Shown here: positions 1-9,002 of the stretch, one piece after another
How the letters are laid out: each line of letters opens with the position of its first letter
Position numbering within the stretch: position 1 is the first letter of the stretch
NCBI GenBank assembly: GCA_045535005.1
Contig: JAZSKU010000043.1
Location: 1-46,232, forward strand
Direction of reading: 5' to 3'
Length of the DNA: 46,232 bases
Source of the DNA: Bacilli bacterium
GTDB lineage: Bacteria; Bacillota_I; Bacilli_A; RF39; UBA660
The notes under the pieces: model-generated
Seen by the model: the letters and a program-made list of their open reading frames with translations, nothing else
What the model was told of the DNA's origin: nothing
The model's database searches: none
Translations under genes and position numbers: made by a program

Positions 1-86
1 AAATATGGTAAATCAATACCTAAATCATTTAATTTAAAATCTATGTTATAATTTATATATGAATAGAGAATAATTAAGGAGCAGTT

Positions 87-821
87 ATGAATATATTTGA
101 AGTTGTTTTTGGAGACTCTTGTTTATTTACTATGAAAAATAGTGATATTAATACTGAAGAAAATATACTTATGTTTAATACTTTATTTAATATTGCTAAT
201 TTATCTAATGTAGATGAATATAAGGTAAGTATTCCAAAGGGAATATATAATGAAAATAATAATTATGATTTTAGTGATAAAGTTAAATTATTAAATGAAG
301 CTGTTGATAAAGGTATGACTATTAGAATATGGTGTAGTCGTAAAGATATATATTCATATTTAATGATGTTATTTGTATGTAATATTGTTAAAGATAGAAC
401 TAATATTATTGTGTTATATTCAGATGAATTCCATGAGGGATGTTATTCTCCTGCTTGTATGAATGAAAATGAACTTATGTGTCTTACATATTTAGAACAT
501 AATTTATCTTTAAAGAAATTAAAAAAATATAATCAATTATGGAATAGAATAGTTAAAGAAAATACTTCTCTTAGAGTAATGGATAATAGAACTGTTAAAT
601 CTGTAGAAATTGATTATTTTGATAAGTTTATTCTTAATAAATTAAAGTCTTTCGGTAATATTAAAATGGTACATTTAGTAGCATCTTTAATGAGTGAAGT
701 ATATTTACATGATACTTTATATGTTTATTTAATAGATAGGCTTATTGAAGATGGTAAGATAGTAGTTATTCAAAGAAGTGAAGAAAGAGACTTTGATAAT
801 CTAATAGGAATTAGTATTTAA
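87..821 (+). CDS. DUF1835/DUF3658-like protein
   Basis: 244-aa ORF, SD AAGGAG at 76-81, extended -10 TGTTATAAT at 44-52; motifs EVVFGDS, IRIWCS, W..IVKENTSLRV, SVEIDYFDKFIL resemble DUF1835+DUF3658 proteins. Confidence 0.65.
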   Translation: MNIFEVVFGDSCLFTMKNSDINTEENILMFNTLFNIANLSNVDEYKVSIPKGIYNENNNYDFSDKVKLLNEAVDKGMTIRIWCSRKDIYSYLMMLFVCNIVKDRTNIIVLYSDEFHEGCYSPACMNENELMCLTYLEHNLSLKKLKKYNQLWNRIVKENTSLRVMDNRTVKSVEIDYFDKFILNKLKSFGNIKMVHLVASLMSEVYLHDTLYVYLIDRLIEDGKIVVIQRSEERDFDNLIGISI

Positions 822-845
822 AATCACCTTTGGTGATTTTTTATT
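821..845 (+). terminator. Intrinsic terminator
   Basis: AAATCACC-TTT-GGTGATTT followed by a T-rich run. Confidence 0.75.
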
Positions 846-897
846 TGATTAATTTTGTTAATTATTGTATTATATTAAGTATATCTAGGAGGTTTAT

Positions 898-1239
898 ATG
901 GACAAAATATGTTACGCTTATAAATATGATGAAGAAAGGGACTTATATACTGTTAGAAGAATAGATGGAAACTCTATGGAATTTAGATTTCCTAATGGAC
1001 TTGTTAGACAACTAGTTATTGATGAAACAATTAGAACAAGTGATATGGTTGTTGTACCTAATGTAGATGATTGTATTAGATTTTCAAGTAATGGTGAATG
1101 CGCTATATTTGATTTTAAATGTAGAGATTTAGATAAAAATTCAATAGATGAAATATTTGAGTTAGCAGCTTTAGAAGATGTACCTCAAGTATTAAAACCA
1201 ACATTTATGCAAAGATTAAGAAGTAGATTTAGAAGATAA
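898..1239 (+). CDS. Hypothetical protein (113 aa)
   Basis: Strong SD AGGAGG; promoter-like TTGATT(845-850)-17-TATTAT(868-873); no recognisable family. Confidence 0.75.
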   Translation: MDKICYAYKYDEERDLYTVRRIDGNSMEFRFPNGLVRQLVIDETIRTSDMVVVPNVDDCIRFSSNGECAIFDFKCRDLDKNSIDEIFELAALEDVPQVLKPTFMQRLRSRFRR

Positions 1240-1281
1240 CTGCTTCTTTTTATTTTTTACGATTTATGTTAAAATTTATGT

Positions 1282-2364
1282 ATGGAAACAAAAGATATAA
1301 TTAAAAATTTAAATGAGTGTTCAAATATATTAAAAGATATACACAATAAATTAGAAATAGATGTAAAAAAGTCAAGAATTGATGAATTGGAGACTTTAAG
1401 TAATGCATCTAATTTTTGGGATGATGTTGAAAAAGCAAAAGATGTGTTAAGTGAACTTAAAACTATTAAGAGTGTATATGATGAATATAATGATTTAGTT
1501 AGTACATGTAATACATTAATTGAAATGTTAGAATTAGAGCTTAGTGAAGAAGACTTAAATGGTATAGTTAGTGAAGTTAGTTCATTTGAACATAGACTTG
1601 AAAAGTTAAAACTTAATGCTTTACTTAATGGTGAATTTGATATGTCTAATGCATATATTGAAATACATAGTGGCGCTGGTGGGACTGAAAGTAATGATTG
1701 GGCTAATATGTTATTTAGAATGTATACTAGATATTTTGAAAAGAATGATTATTCTTATGAGGTATTAAGTCGTCAAGATGGTGAAGAAGTTGGTATTAAA
1801 GGAATTACTATGCTTGTTAAGGGATATTATCCATTTGGATATTTAAAAGGTGAAACAGGTGTTCATCGTTTAGTTAGAATAAGTCCTTTTGATAGTAATA
1901 GTAGACGTCATACTTCTTTTGCTAGTGTGCTTGTTACACCTGAAATAAATAAGAATACTGAAGTCGAAATTAAAGAAAGTGATTTAAGAATTGATGTATA
2001 TAGATCAAGTGGATGTGGTGGTCAAGGTGTTAATACTACTGATAGTGCTGTTCGTATTACTCATATACCTACTGGTATTGTTACATCTTCTCAAATTGAA
2101 AGAAGTCAACTTAGAAATAAAGAGATTGCTCTTATGATGCTTAAGAATAAATTATATATTCTTCAACAAAAAGAATTTAATGATAAACTTAAAGATTTAA
2201 AAGGTGATGTTATGGATGTTAACTTTGGAAGTGCGATAAGAAGTTATGTTATGTGTCCATATACATTAGTTAAAGATTCTAGAAGTAATTATGAAACATC
2301 TAGTGTTGATAAAGTACTTGATGGTGATATACAAGAATTTTTAGATGAATACCTTAAATTATAA
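1282..2364 (+). CDS. prfB: Peptide chain release factor 2
   Basis: GAGGTES, GVHRLVRISPFD (SPF peptide anticodon), RRHTSFA, GGQGVNTTDSAVRITHIPTG; uninterrupted 360-aa ORF. Confidence 0.97.
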   Translation: METKDIIKNLNECSNILKDIHNKLEIDVKKSRIDELETLSNASNFWDDVEKAKDVLSELKTIKSVYDEYNDLVSTCNTLIEMLELELSEEDLNGIVSEVSSFEHRLEKLKLNALLNGEFDMSNAYIEIHSGAGGTESNDWANMLFRMYTRYFEKNDYSYEVLSRQDGEEVGIKGITMLVKGYYPFGYLKGETGVHRLVRISPFDSNSRRHTSFASVLVTPEINKNTEVEIKESDLRIDVYRSSGCGGQGVNTTDSAVRITHIPTGIVTSSQIERSQLRNKEIALMMLKNKLYILQQKEFNDKLKDLKGDVMDVNFGSAIRSYVMCPYTLVKDSRSNYETSSVDKVLDGDIQEFLDEYLKL

Positions 2365-2389
2365 TTTACAACTATATAATAAATTACAT

Positions 2390-2417
2390 AAATAACTAGT
2401 AAATACTAGTTATTTTT
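2390..2417 (+). terminator. Intrinsic terminator after prfB
   Basis: AAATAACTAGT-AAAT-ACTAGTTATTT plus T tail; abuts TGTTATAAT extended -10 (2417-2425) of next operon. Confidence 0.7.
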
Positions 2418-2444
2418 GTTATAATTACTATGGAGTAGGATAAA

Positions 2445-3359
2445 ATGAGGTTATTTAAAAGAAGAGTTAGTAGTGAAGAAATTAATAGCAGAATTTTTAA
2501 TAAACAAATAGGTTCTAAAACTTTTTTGTTTGTTTTAGGTGCTTTAATATCCGCATTATCGTTTAATTTGTTTTATGTTCCTCATAATTTTGTTTCAGGT
2601 GGACTTGGTGGTTTAGCCGTAATTTTAAATAATATATTTAGTATAGATGTTAATTTGGTTGTACTACTAGGTAACTTATTATTTATAACAATTAGTATTT
2701 TTACTCTAGGATTTAAGAAATCTTTACTTAGTATAACAGGAGCTAGTATATATACTGTGTTATTATATGCTACTGCTGGAATACCTGAATTAATTAATTT
2801 TAGTTTTGATAATATTTTACTTTATGTGTTAGCAGCTGGTATTTGTGTAGGATTTGGAGAAGCTCTTGTATATAAATCAGGATTTAATACTGGTGGTACA
2901 AGTATATTAGCTGCAGTTATTCAAAAATATAAAAAGATACCTTTAGGACAATTACTTAGAAATATGGGTATTGTTGTTATTATCTTAGGTGGTTTTATAT
3001 TTGGATATACTGCGATTATGTATTCTCTTATAATTACTGTTATATCTACTTATTTAGTAGATAAGATGTTACTTGGAATAAGTGATTCTAAAACTTTCTT
3101 TATTCAAACTGCTAAGGAAGATGAAGTTAAAGATTTTATAATTAAAATTATTGAAAATGGTGTTACTGAATTTGATACTAAAGGTGCATATTCAAATAAA
3201 AGAAAGAAAATGTTAATGTGTGTTGTTCCAACTGAAAAATACACTTTATTAAAGAGTGCTGTTCAAGAAATAGATCCTGATGCATTTATTGTTGTTAGTG
3301 ATTGTTATGAAGTTCTTGGTGGAACAAAGAGAAAGAAAATGTATTTTAATAATATATAA
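2445..3359 (+). CDS. YitT family membrane protein (DUF161/DUF2179)
   Basis: Multiple TM segments, SGGLGGLA, GFNTGGT, C-terminal IDPDAFIVVSDCYEVLG; same position as B. subtilis yvjA between prfB and ftsE. Confidence 0.9.
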   Translation: MRLFKRRVSSEEINSRIFNKQIGSKTFLFVLGALISALSFNLFYVPHNFVSGGLGGLAVILNNIFSIDVNLVVLLGNLLFITISIFTLGFKKSLLSITGASIYTVLLYATAGIPELINFSFDNILLYVLAAGICVGFGEALVYKSGFNTGGTSILAAVIQKYKKIPLGQLLRNMGIVVIILGGFIFGYTAIMYSLIITVISTYLVDKMLLGISDSKTFFIQTAKEDEVKDFIIKIIENGVTEFDTKGAYSNKRKKMLMCVVPTEKYTLLKSAVQEIDPDAFIVVSDCYEVLGGTKRKKMYFNNI

Positions 3360-3373
3360 TTTATGGAGGTATT

Positions 3374-4072
3374 ATGCAGTTAATTGAAATAAAAAATGTT
3401 AGTAAAAGATATCCTAATGGTGTAACTGCTTTATGTGATGTAAATTTAGAAATATCTAAGGGTGAATTTGTATTTATTATAGGTGCTTCTGGTAGTGGTA
3501 AAAGTACGTTAATTAAATTACTTTATAGACAAGAAAAGCCTACTACTGGAGATGTATATGTAGGTGGAGTTAATGTTGCTAAGTTAAGAAATGGTAAAGT
3601 ATATAAACTTAGAAGAAAACTTGGTATTGTTTTTCAAGATTATAAATTATTACCAAAACTTACTGTATATGAAAATGTAGCATTTGCTTTAGAGGTATAT
3701 GGTTTACCTGATAAAGAAATTAGAAAGAAAACATTAAAAGCTATTGAACAAGTAGGTTTAAAAGAAAAGTTAAGAAGTTTTCCAGATCAATTATCTGGTG
3801 GTGAACAACAAAGAGTATCTATAGCTCGTGCGATTGTTAACGAACCTAAAGTACTTATATGTGATGAACCTACTGGTAACTTAGATCCAGATACATCAAT
3901 GGAAATTATGAAAGTTATTGAAGGTATTAATAAAGATTTAGGAACTACTATTATAATGGCTACTCATGATAAAGATATTGTTAATAGAATGAAGAAGAGA
4001 GTTATTGTAGTAGAAAAAGGTCTTATTGCTAAAGATAGTTTGAAAGGAAAATATAGAAGTGAAGGTATTTAG
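3374..4072 (+). CDS. ftsE: Cell division ATP-binding protein FtsE
   Basis: Walker A GASGSGKST, VFQDYKLL, LSGGEQQRV, DEPTGNLDP; upstream of ftsX. Confidence 0.95.
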   Translation: MQLIEIKNVSKRYPNGVTALCDVNLEISKGEFVFIIGASGSGKSTLIKLLYRQEKPTTGDVYVGGVNVAKLRNGKVYKLRRKLGIVFQDYKLLPKLTVYENVAFALEVYGLPDKEIRKKTLKAIEQVGLKEKLRSFPDQLSGGEQQRVSIARAIVNEPKVLICDEPTGNLDPDTSMEIMKVIEGINKDLGTTIIMATHDKDIVNRMKKRVIVVEKGLIAKDSLKGKYRSEGI

Positions 4073-4958
4073 AATTTTAGGAAAAAATATAAGTGAATCT
4101 TTTAAAGGTGTATTTCGTAATTTCTCATTATCTCTTGCTAGTATATCTTGTATAACTATTACATTAATATTAGTGGGATTTAGTATTATACTTTCATATA
4201 ATGTTAATAATTTTACTGCTGAAATAGAAAAAGATATGACTATAGTTGTATTTTTAGATAGAAAAGTAGATAGTGAAGAAATAGCAACTATTGGAGTTGA
4301 AATTAATAATCTTGATAATATAAGAAATGTTGAATTTAATTCTAAAGAAGATATTAGAAAAGAAATGCAAGAAGAAAGTGAAATATTTGATAGTATAATG
4401 TCTCAATATAATGAAGATAATAATCCATTACAAGATAGTTATCTTGTTAAAGTTGAAGATATTAATTTAATAGGAGAAACTGCTGATAAGATTAAAGAAA
4501 TTGATAAAGTTGATCTTGTTAAATATGGTGAAGGTTCTGTAGAAGAGTTAATTAAAATATTTGATATAGTTAAGAATATTACTTTTGTAGTAGTTATTGC
4601 ATTAATAGTTGTTACTGCATTCTTAATTAGTAATACTATTAAAATTACTATTCAATCTAGAAAAAGAGAAATTGAAATTAGAAGACTTGTTGGAGCTAGT
4701 AATTTCTTTATTAGACAACCATTCTTCTTTGAAGGTATTATTTTAGGATTCTTAGGTTCTATAATACCTGTATGTGCTTGTTGTTTTGGATATACTTATT
4801 TATATGATAAATTAGGTGGTCAATTATTTACAGCGATTATTAAATTAGTTGAACCAAATAATATTATTTATATTACTATGACTGTTATATTAGTTATTGG
4901 TATAGTTGTTGGGGCGTTCGGAAGCTATAGAGCAGTAAGGAAATATTTAAAGATATGA
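4059..4958 (+). CDS. ftsX: Cell division permease FtsX
   Basis: GTG start overlapping ftsE; 4 TM with large extracellular loop; LISNTIKITI..R..EIEI.RLVGAS..FIR.PF..EG. Confidence 0.95.
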   Translation: MKVFRILGKNISESFKGVFRNFSLSLASISCITITLILVGFSIILSYNVNNFTAEIEKDMTIVVFLDRKVDSEEIATIGVEINNLDNIRNVEFNSKEDIRKEMQEESEIFDSIMSQYNEDNNPLQDSYLVKVEDINLIGETADKIKEIDKVDLVKYGEGSVEELIKIFDIVKNITFVVVIALIVVTAFLISNTIKITIQSRKREIEIRRLVGASNFFIRQPFFFEGIILGFLGSIIPVCACCFGYTYLYDKLGGQLFTAIIKLVEPNNIIYITMTVILVIGIVVGAFGSYRAVRKYLKI

Positions 4959-6130
4959 TGAAAAAAGTATTAATTATTGTTTTATGTTTATTTATGTTTA
5001 TTAATAATTTAGAAGCTAAATCACTTAAAGATTTAAAGAATCAACTTGCTAAAGATGAAGCTGAATTAAGAGAGAATGAATCTAGTAAGAAGGATGCTCA
5101 ATCAAAGATTAAAAAGTATGAAAGAGAACTTAGTGATACTGCTGCTAAAATAGATAAATATGAAGTTGAAATTGCAGAATCTAAAGAAGAAATAGAACAG
5201 TTAAATCTTGATATTGAAGAAAAGAAGAATGAAATAGATTCTTTATTATCTTTTTTACAAATATCTGATGGGGATAATATATATTTAGAATATGTATTTA
5301 ATGCTAAAGATTTTACTGATTTCATATATAGAAGTGCTGTTGTTGAACAGTTAACTGAATATAATGATGAATTAATTGATGAAATGTATGATTTGATTGA
5401 AGAAAATAAACAACTTCAAGTTAAACTTAATAAGAAAATTGATGAATCAGAAGAATTAATTAAAGATTTAGATAAGTTACTTGCATCTGTTAATGTTAAG
5501 TTAGAAGATTTAGCTGATGATCATAAAGATATTCAAGCTGATATTAGAGCTCGTAAAGAAGAAATAAAAGTATATGAAACTATATATGAAGAAAACAAAT
5601 GTAAGGAAGATGAAGAGTTAGAAGAATGTTTAGCTGGTAGTACTCCTACTGCAAGTGGTTTTGTTAGACCTCTTGTTAAAGCAAGTGTTACTAGTGATTA
5701 TGGTATGAGATTTCATCCTACAAAACATGTATGGACAATGCATAATGGTATTGATTTAGGTGCTAGTACTGGTACTAAGATTTATCCTATTGCTCCTGGT
5801 GTTGTTAGTAGAATTGAAAGAGTAGCTAATCCAAATAAAGCTAATTCAAGTTGTGGTGGGAATAAAGTTTATGTAAGACATACTGTTAATGGTAGAAAAT
5901 ATACTTCTGTATATATGCATCTACACACTGTTAATGTTAAATTAAATCAAGTTGTTATGATTGATGATGTTATCGGTGGTGTAGGTGGTGGTGAAAAGTA
6001 TGATTATTGTACTACTGGACCACATTTACATTTTGGACTTATGACTGGATGGTCAAGTACTTCTTATGTTAATCCAAGAAATTATATTAAGCTTCCAGCT
6101 AAAGGAAGTAGATTCTCGTCAAGATGGTAA
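4955..6130 (+). CDS. Secreted coiled-coil + M23 peptidase (FtsEX-associated murein hydrolase)
   Basis: Signal peptide, long coiled coil, C-terminal M23 domain with HNGID and GPHLHF zinc motifs; ATGA overlap with ftsX. Confidence 0.9.
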   Translation: MMKKVLIIVLCLFMFINNLEAKSLKDLKNQLAKDEAELRENESSKKDAQSKIKKYERELSDTAAKIDKYEVEIAESKEEIEQLNLDIEEKKNEIDSLLSFLQISDGDNIYLEYVFNAKDFTDFIYRSAVVEQLTEYNDELIDEMYDLIEENKQLQVKLNKKIDESEELIKDLDKLLASVNVKLEDLADDHKDIQADIRARKEEIKVYETIYEENKCKEDEELEECLAGSTPTASGFVRPLVKASVTSDYGMRFHPTKHVWTMHNGIDLGASTGTKIYPIAPGVVSRIERVANPNKANSSCGGNKVYVRHTVNGRKYTSVYMHLHTVNVKLNQVVMIDDVIGGVGGGEKYDYCTTGPHLHFGLMTGWSSTSYVNPRNYIKLPAKGSRFSSRW

Positions 6131-6154
6131 AAGAACTAGAAATAGTTCTTTTTT
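6129..6154 (+). terminator. Intrinsic terminator of the yitT-ftsEX-M23 operon
   Basis: AAAAGAACTA-GAAA-TAGTTCTTTT plus T run. Confidence 0.8.
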
Positions 6155-6172
6155 CTTTTTTTAAAAAAAGTG

Positions 6173-6201
6173 TTGACAACATATTATTGTCATGATAATA
6201 T
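6173..6201 (+). promoter_or_regulatory. Sigma-A promoter
   Basis: TTGACA(6173-6178)-17 bp-TAATAT(6196-6201) with TG extension and upstream A-tract. Confidence 0.75.
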
Positions 6202-6207
6202 TAGTAC

Positions 6208-6282
6208 ACAAAGCAATTACTTAGCTTGCTAATTAATTACTTTGTACGAAGTGCTTAAACTTGTTTAAACACTTCTTTTTTT
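6208..6282 (+). ncRNA. Candidate small RNA (~75 nt; two CUUG-capped hairpins, the second a terminator)
   Basis: Lies between a promoter and a terminator with no ORF; hairpin 6208-6245 (15 of 17 bp paired, CUUG loop), hairpin 6248-6275 (11 of 12 bp paired, CUUG loop) plus T7. Confidence 0.55.
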
Positions 6283-6308
6283 GTGTTAAAATAAGGGTGG
6301 TGATTAAT

Positions 6309-7226
6309 ATGTCATTTACTGGTAATATTAAAAATGAAATAGCTAATAATGAATATAGTGGTTCAGAATATATGGCTGAATTATCTGCTATATTAAATAT
6401 TGGTGCTAAAATATATGATGATAGATTTGAAATATATACAGAGAATGCTTCTGTAGCAAGAAGAATATATAAGCTTATTAAGGATACTTATCATGTTGAA
6501 GTGGAAATGGATAATAGTGGTATTAATAGTTTACGTGGTAATAAGTTAGTACTACTTACTGTTAAAGATAAAGTAGACTTTATTTTAAGTGATTTATGTA
6601 TTGTTCTTGATGGTAATAGAGTATATATACCTCATGATTATTTAATTGATAATGATATTGATAAGAAGGCATACTTGCGTGGTGTATTTATGATGTGTGG
6701 TAGTATTAGTGATCCTAAGACAAGTAGATATCATGCTGAGTTTGTTATATCTAATATAGATAGTGCTAATTTTGTTAATGACTTATTAAATGAATTATTA
6801 TTTAAAAGTAAAATTATTAAACGTGATAAGAATTATATGGTATATATTAAGGAAGCTGAAAAGATTAGTGACTTTATACGTATGTTAAATGCCACAAATT
6901 CATTATTTTATTATGAAGATATAAGAATATATCGTGATCATAAAAATATGACTAATCGTCTTAATAATTGTGAACAGGCTAATGTTGATAAAACTGTTAG
7001 TGCATCTAATGAACAATTACAAATGATTGCTAAATTAAAAGAAATAAGAGATTTTGATTTACTTGATGAAAAGATTAAAATAATATGTATTTATAAAGAA
7101 AAATATCCTGAGACTTCTATGGCTGAACTGGCTGAGATTATAAGTAGTGAAACTGAAAAACCTATTACTAAGAGTTGTATTAATCATAGATTTAGAAAAA
7201 TAAAGGAAATTGTTGAAAATAATTAA
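6309..7226 (+). CDS. whiA: DNA-binding protein WhiA
   Basis: MSFT..IKNEI start (ATG 6309 after GGGTGGTG SD, not TTG 6261), AYLRGVF..GSISDP..YHAEF, VYIKEAEKISDF, NRLNNCE.AN..KTV, C-terminal HTH INHRFRK. Confidence 0.95.
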   Translation: MSFTGNIKNEIANNEYSGSEYMAELSAILNIGAKIYDDRFEIYTENASVARRIYKLIKDTYHVEVEMDNSGINSLRGNKLVLLTVKDKVDFILSDLCIVLDGNRVYIPHDYLIDNDIDKKAYLRGVFMMCGSISDPKTSRYHAEFVISNIDSANFVNDLLNELLFKSKIIKRDKNYMVYIKEAEKISDFIRMLNATNSLFYYEDIRIYRDHKNMTNRLNNCEQANVDKTVSASNEQLQMIAKLKEIRDFDLLDEKIKIICIYKEKYPETSMAELAEIISSETEKPITKSCINHRFRKIKEIVENN

Positions 7227-7243
7227 TCCCTATGGGATTTTTT
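7225..7243 (+). terminator. Short intrinsic terminator
   Basis: AATCCC-TAT-GGGATT plus T run. Confidence 0.55.
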
Positions 7244-7342
7244 ATTTTGTATGATTATTTAGTAAAATAATAGTTAATTTATTCACAAATTTAAAATTAT
7301 TTGATATTATTATATTATCAATAATAAGAGGTTGGTGTTTAT

Positions 7343-8989
7343 ATGAGAAAAGAAATCAAATTAGTTTTTGAAGATGGAAATATTATTGAAACATATAGAG
7401 GTATTACTGTTAGAGAAGTAATCAACTTAATAGAAAACGATCAAGATATTATTGCTCTTAGAGTAAATGGTATTGCTGTTAATGCTGATTATGAAATAAT
7501 GGATGATGCTTATATTAATTTTATTCATGTAATTGATAGAACTGGTAGAAAAATATACATAAAAGGGTTACAACATATGTATATTTTAGCAGTTAAGAGA
7601 TTATATGGTGATGATGTTGTTGTAAATATTAAGCATTCTCTTGATAAAGCAATTTATACTGAATTAGAAACTGATATGTTAATTGATTATAATGTTGTTA
7701 AAGCAATTAAAACAGAAATGAAGAAGATTGTTAAAGAGAATATACCATTTAAGAAAGTTGAAGTATCTAGAGGAGATGCATTTGACTATGTTAAAGCTAA
7801 TGGTGAAAAAGAGAAGATGCTTACTTATACATATATGACTAATGATTCTGTTAGTATGTATGATTTAGATGATGAATATAATTATTTCTATTATTTAATG
7901 CCTGCTTCTACTGGAATATTAAGTCGATTTGATTTAACTTTAGTTCAAGATAATGGAATTGTGCTTAGTTATCCAATTAATGGTAGTGTTCCTAAATATA
8001 TTCCTTCTCCTCAAGTTTTAGAAGCATTTAAAACTCATGAGACTAAGTTAAGGAGTTTAGGAGTTAAATATGCTGGAGATATAAATAAGATTGTGTCTCA
8101 AGGTAAGATAATGGATTTTATTCACTTAAGTGAAATTATATATGATAATAATTTAGAAGAAATAGCTAAAAGAGTAAAAAATAATAAAGCTATTAAAGCT
8201 ATATTTATATCAGGGCCAAGTTCTTCTGGTAAGACAACTACTTCTAAAAAACTTTCTATGTATTTAAGAAGTAAGGGTATTGATACTTTTGTATTATCAA
8301 CAGATGATTATTTTGTTGAAAGAAAAGATAGTCCTAAAAAAGCTGATGGTTCTTATGAATTTGAAGTTGTTGAAGCTCTTGATATGAAATTATTTAATTT
8401 GCAACTTAAGAGTTTATTAGATGGTAAAGAGGTTGTTATTCCAACTTATAACTTTATTAAAGGTGAAAAGGAATATAAGAGAAAACCTGAATCATTAAAG
8501 AAGAATCAAGTACTTATTATTGAAGGATTACATGCGATTAATGATAAGTTAAGTAGTTCTATAGATAAAAAGAATAAACTAAAACTTTATATTAGTCCAT
8601 TTATGCCAGTAGGTCTTGATAGACATAATCATATTTCATGTACTGATTTAAGACTTTTAAGAAGAATGGTAAGAGACTATAAACATAGAGGATATTCTGC
8701 TGAAGCTACTTTAGATAGTTGGCTTGGTATGAGAGCTAGTGAAGAAAGTTATATTTATCCATATCAAAGAGAAGCTGATGTTGTTATAAATACTTCTTTA
8801 GGATATGAACTTGGTGTACTTAGAACATATGTTGAACCTTTATTATATTCTATTAGTAAAGATTCACCTTGTTATGAAGAAGCTGTTAGAATATTAAATT
8901 TCTTAAAAGGTTTCTTAAATATACCTAGTGATGATATTCCAAGTACTAGTGTACTTAGAGAATTTATTGGTAATAGTTATTTTGAATAG
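7343..8989 (+). CDS. Nucleoside (uridine) kinase with N-terminal TGS/ThrRS-like domain
   Basis: SGPSSSGKTT P-loop, STDDYF, YEFE.VEALD, IIEGLHA, DLRLLRRMVRD..RG, S.LREFIG.S.F end; 548 aa typical of this fusion family. Confidence 0.88.
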   Translation: MRKEIKLVFEDGNIIETYRGITVREVINLIENDQDIIALRVNGIAVNADYEIMDDAYINFIHVIDRTGRKIYIKGLQHMYILAVKRLYGDDVVVNIKHSLDKAIYTELETDMLIDYNVVKAIKTEMKKIVKENIPFKKVEVSRGDAFDYVKANGEKEKMLTYTYMTNDSVSMYDLDDEYNYFYYLMPASTGILSRFDLTLVQDNGIVLSYPINGSVPKYIPSPQVLEAFKTHETKLRSLGVKYAGDINKIVSQGKIMDFIHLSEIIYDNNLEEIAKRVKNNKAIKAIFISGPSSSGKTTTSKKLSMYLRSKGIDTFVLSTDDYFVERKDSPKKADGSYEFEVVEALDMKLFNLQLKSLLDGKEVVIPTYNFIKGEKEYKRKPESLKKNQVLIIEGLHAINDKLSSSIDKKNKLKLYISPFMPVGLDRHNHISCTDLRLLRRMVRDYKHRGYSAEATLDSWLGMRASEESYIYPYQREADVVINTSLGYELGVLRTYVEPLLYSISKDSPCYEEAVRILNFLKGFLNIPSDDIPSTSVLREFIGNSYFE

Positions 8990-9002
8990 GAGATGAAAAT
9001 AT

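Noticed and set aside
6208-6282. tRNA gene (the length is similar)
   Set aside because: Folds as two simple hairpins including the terminator; no D or T loops and no CCA
6261-6308. Longer N-termini given by the ORF track for whiA (6261), glmS (10062), rplC (24850) and DUF402 (40088)
   Set aside because: Downstream ATGs (6309, 10068, 24862, 40121) have proper SD spacing and match family N-termini
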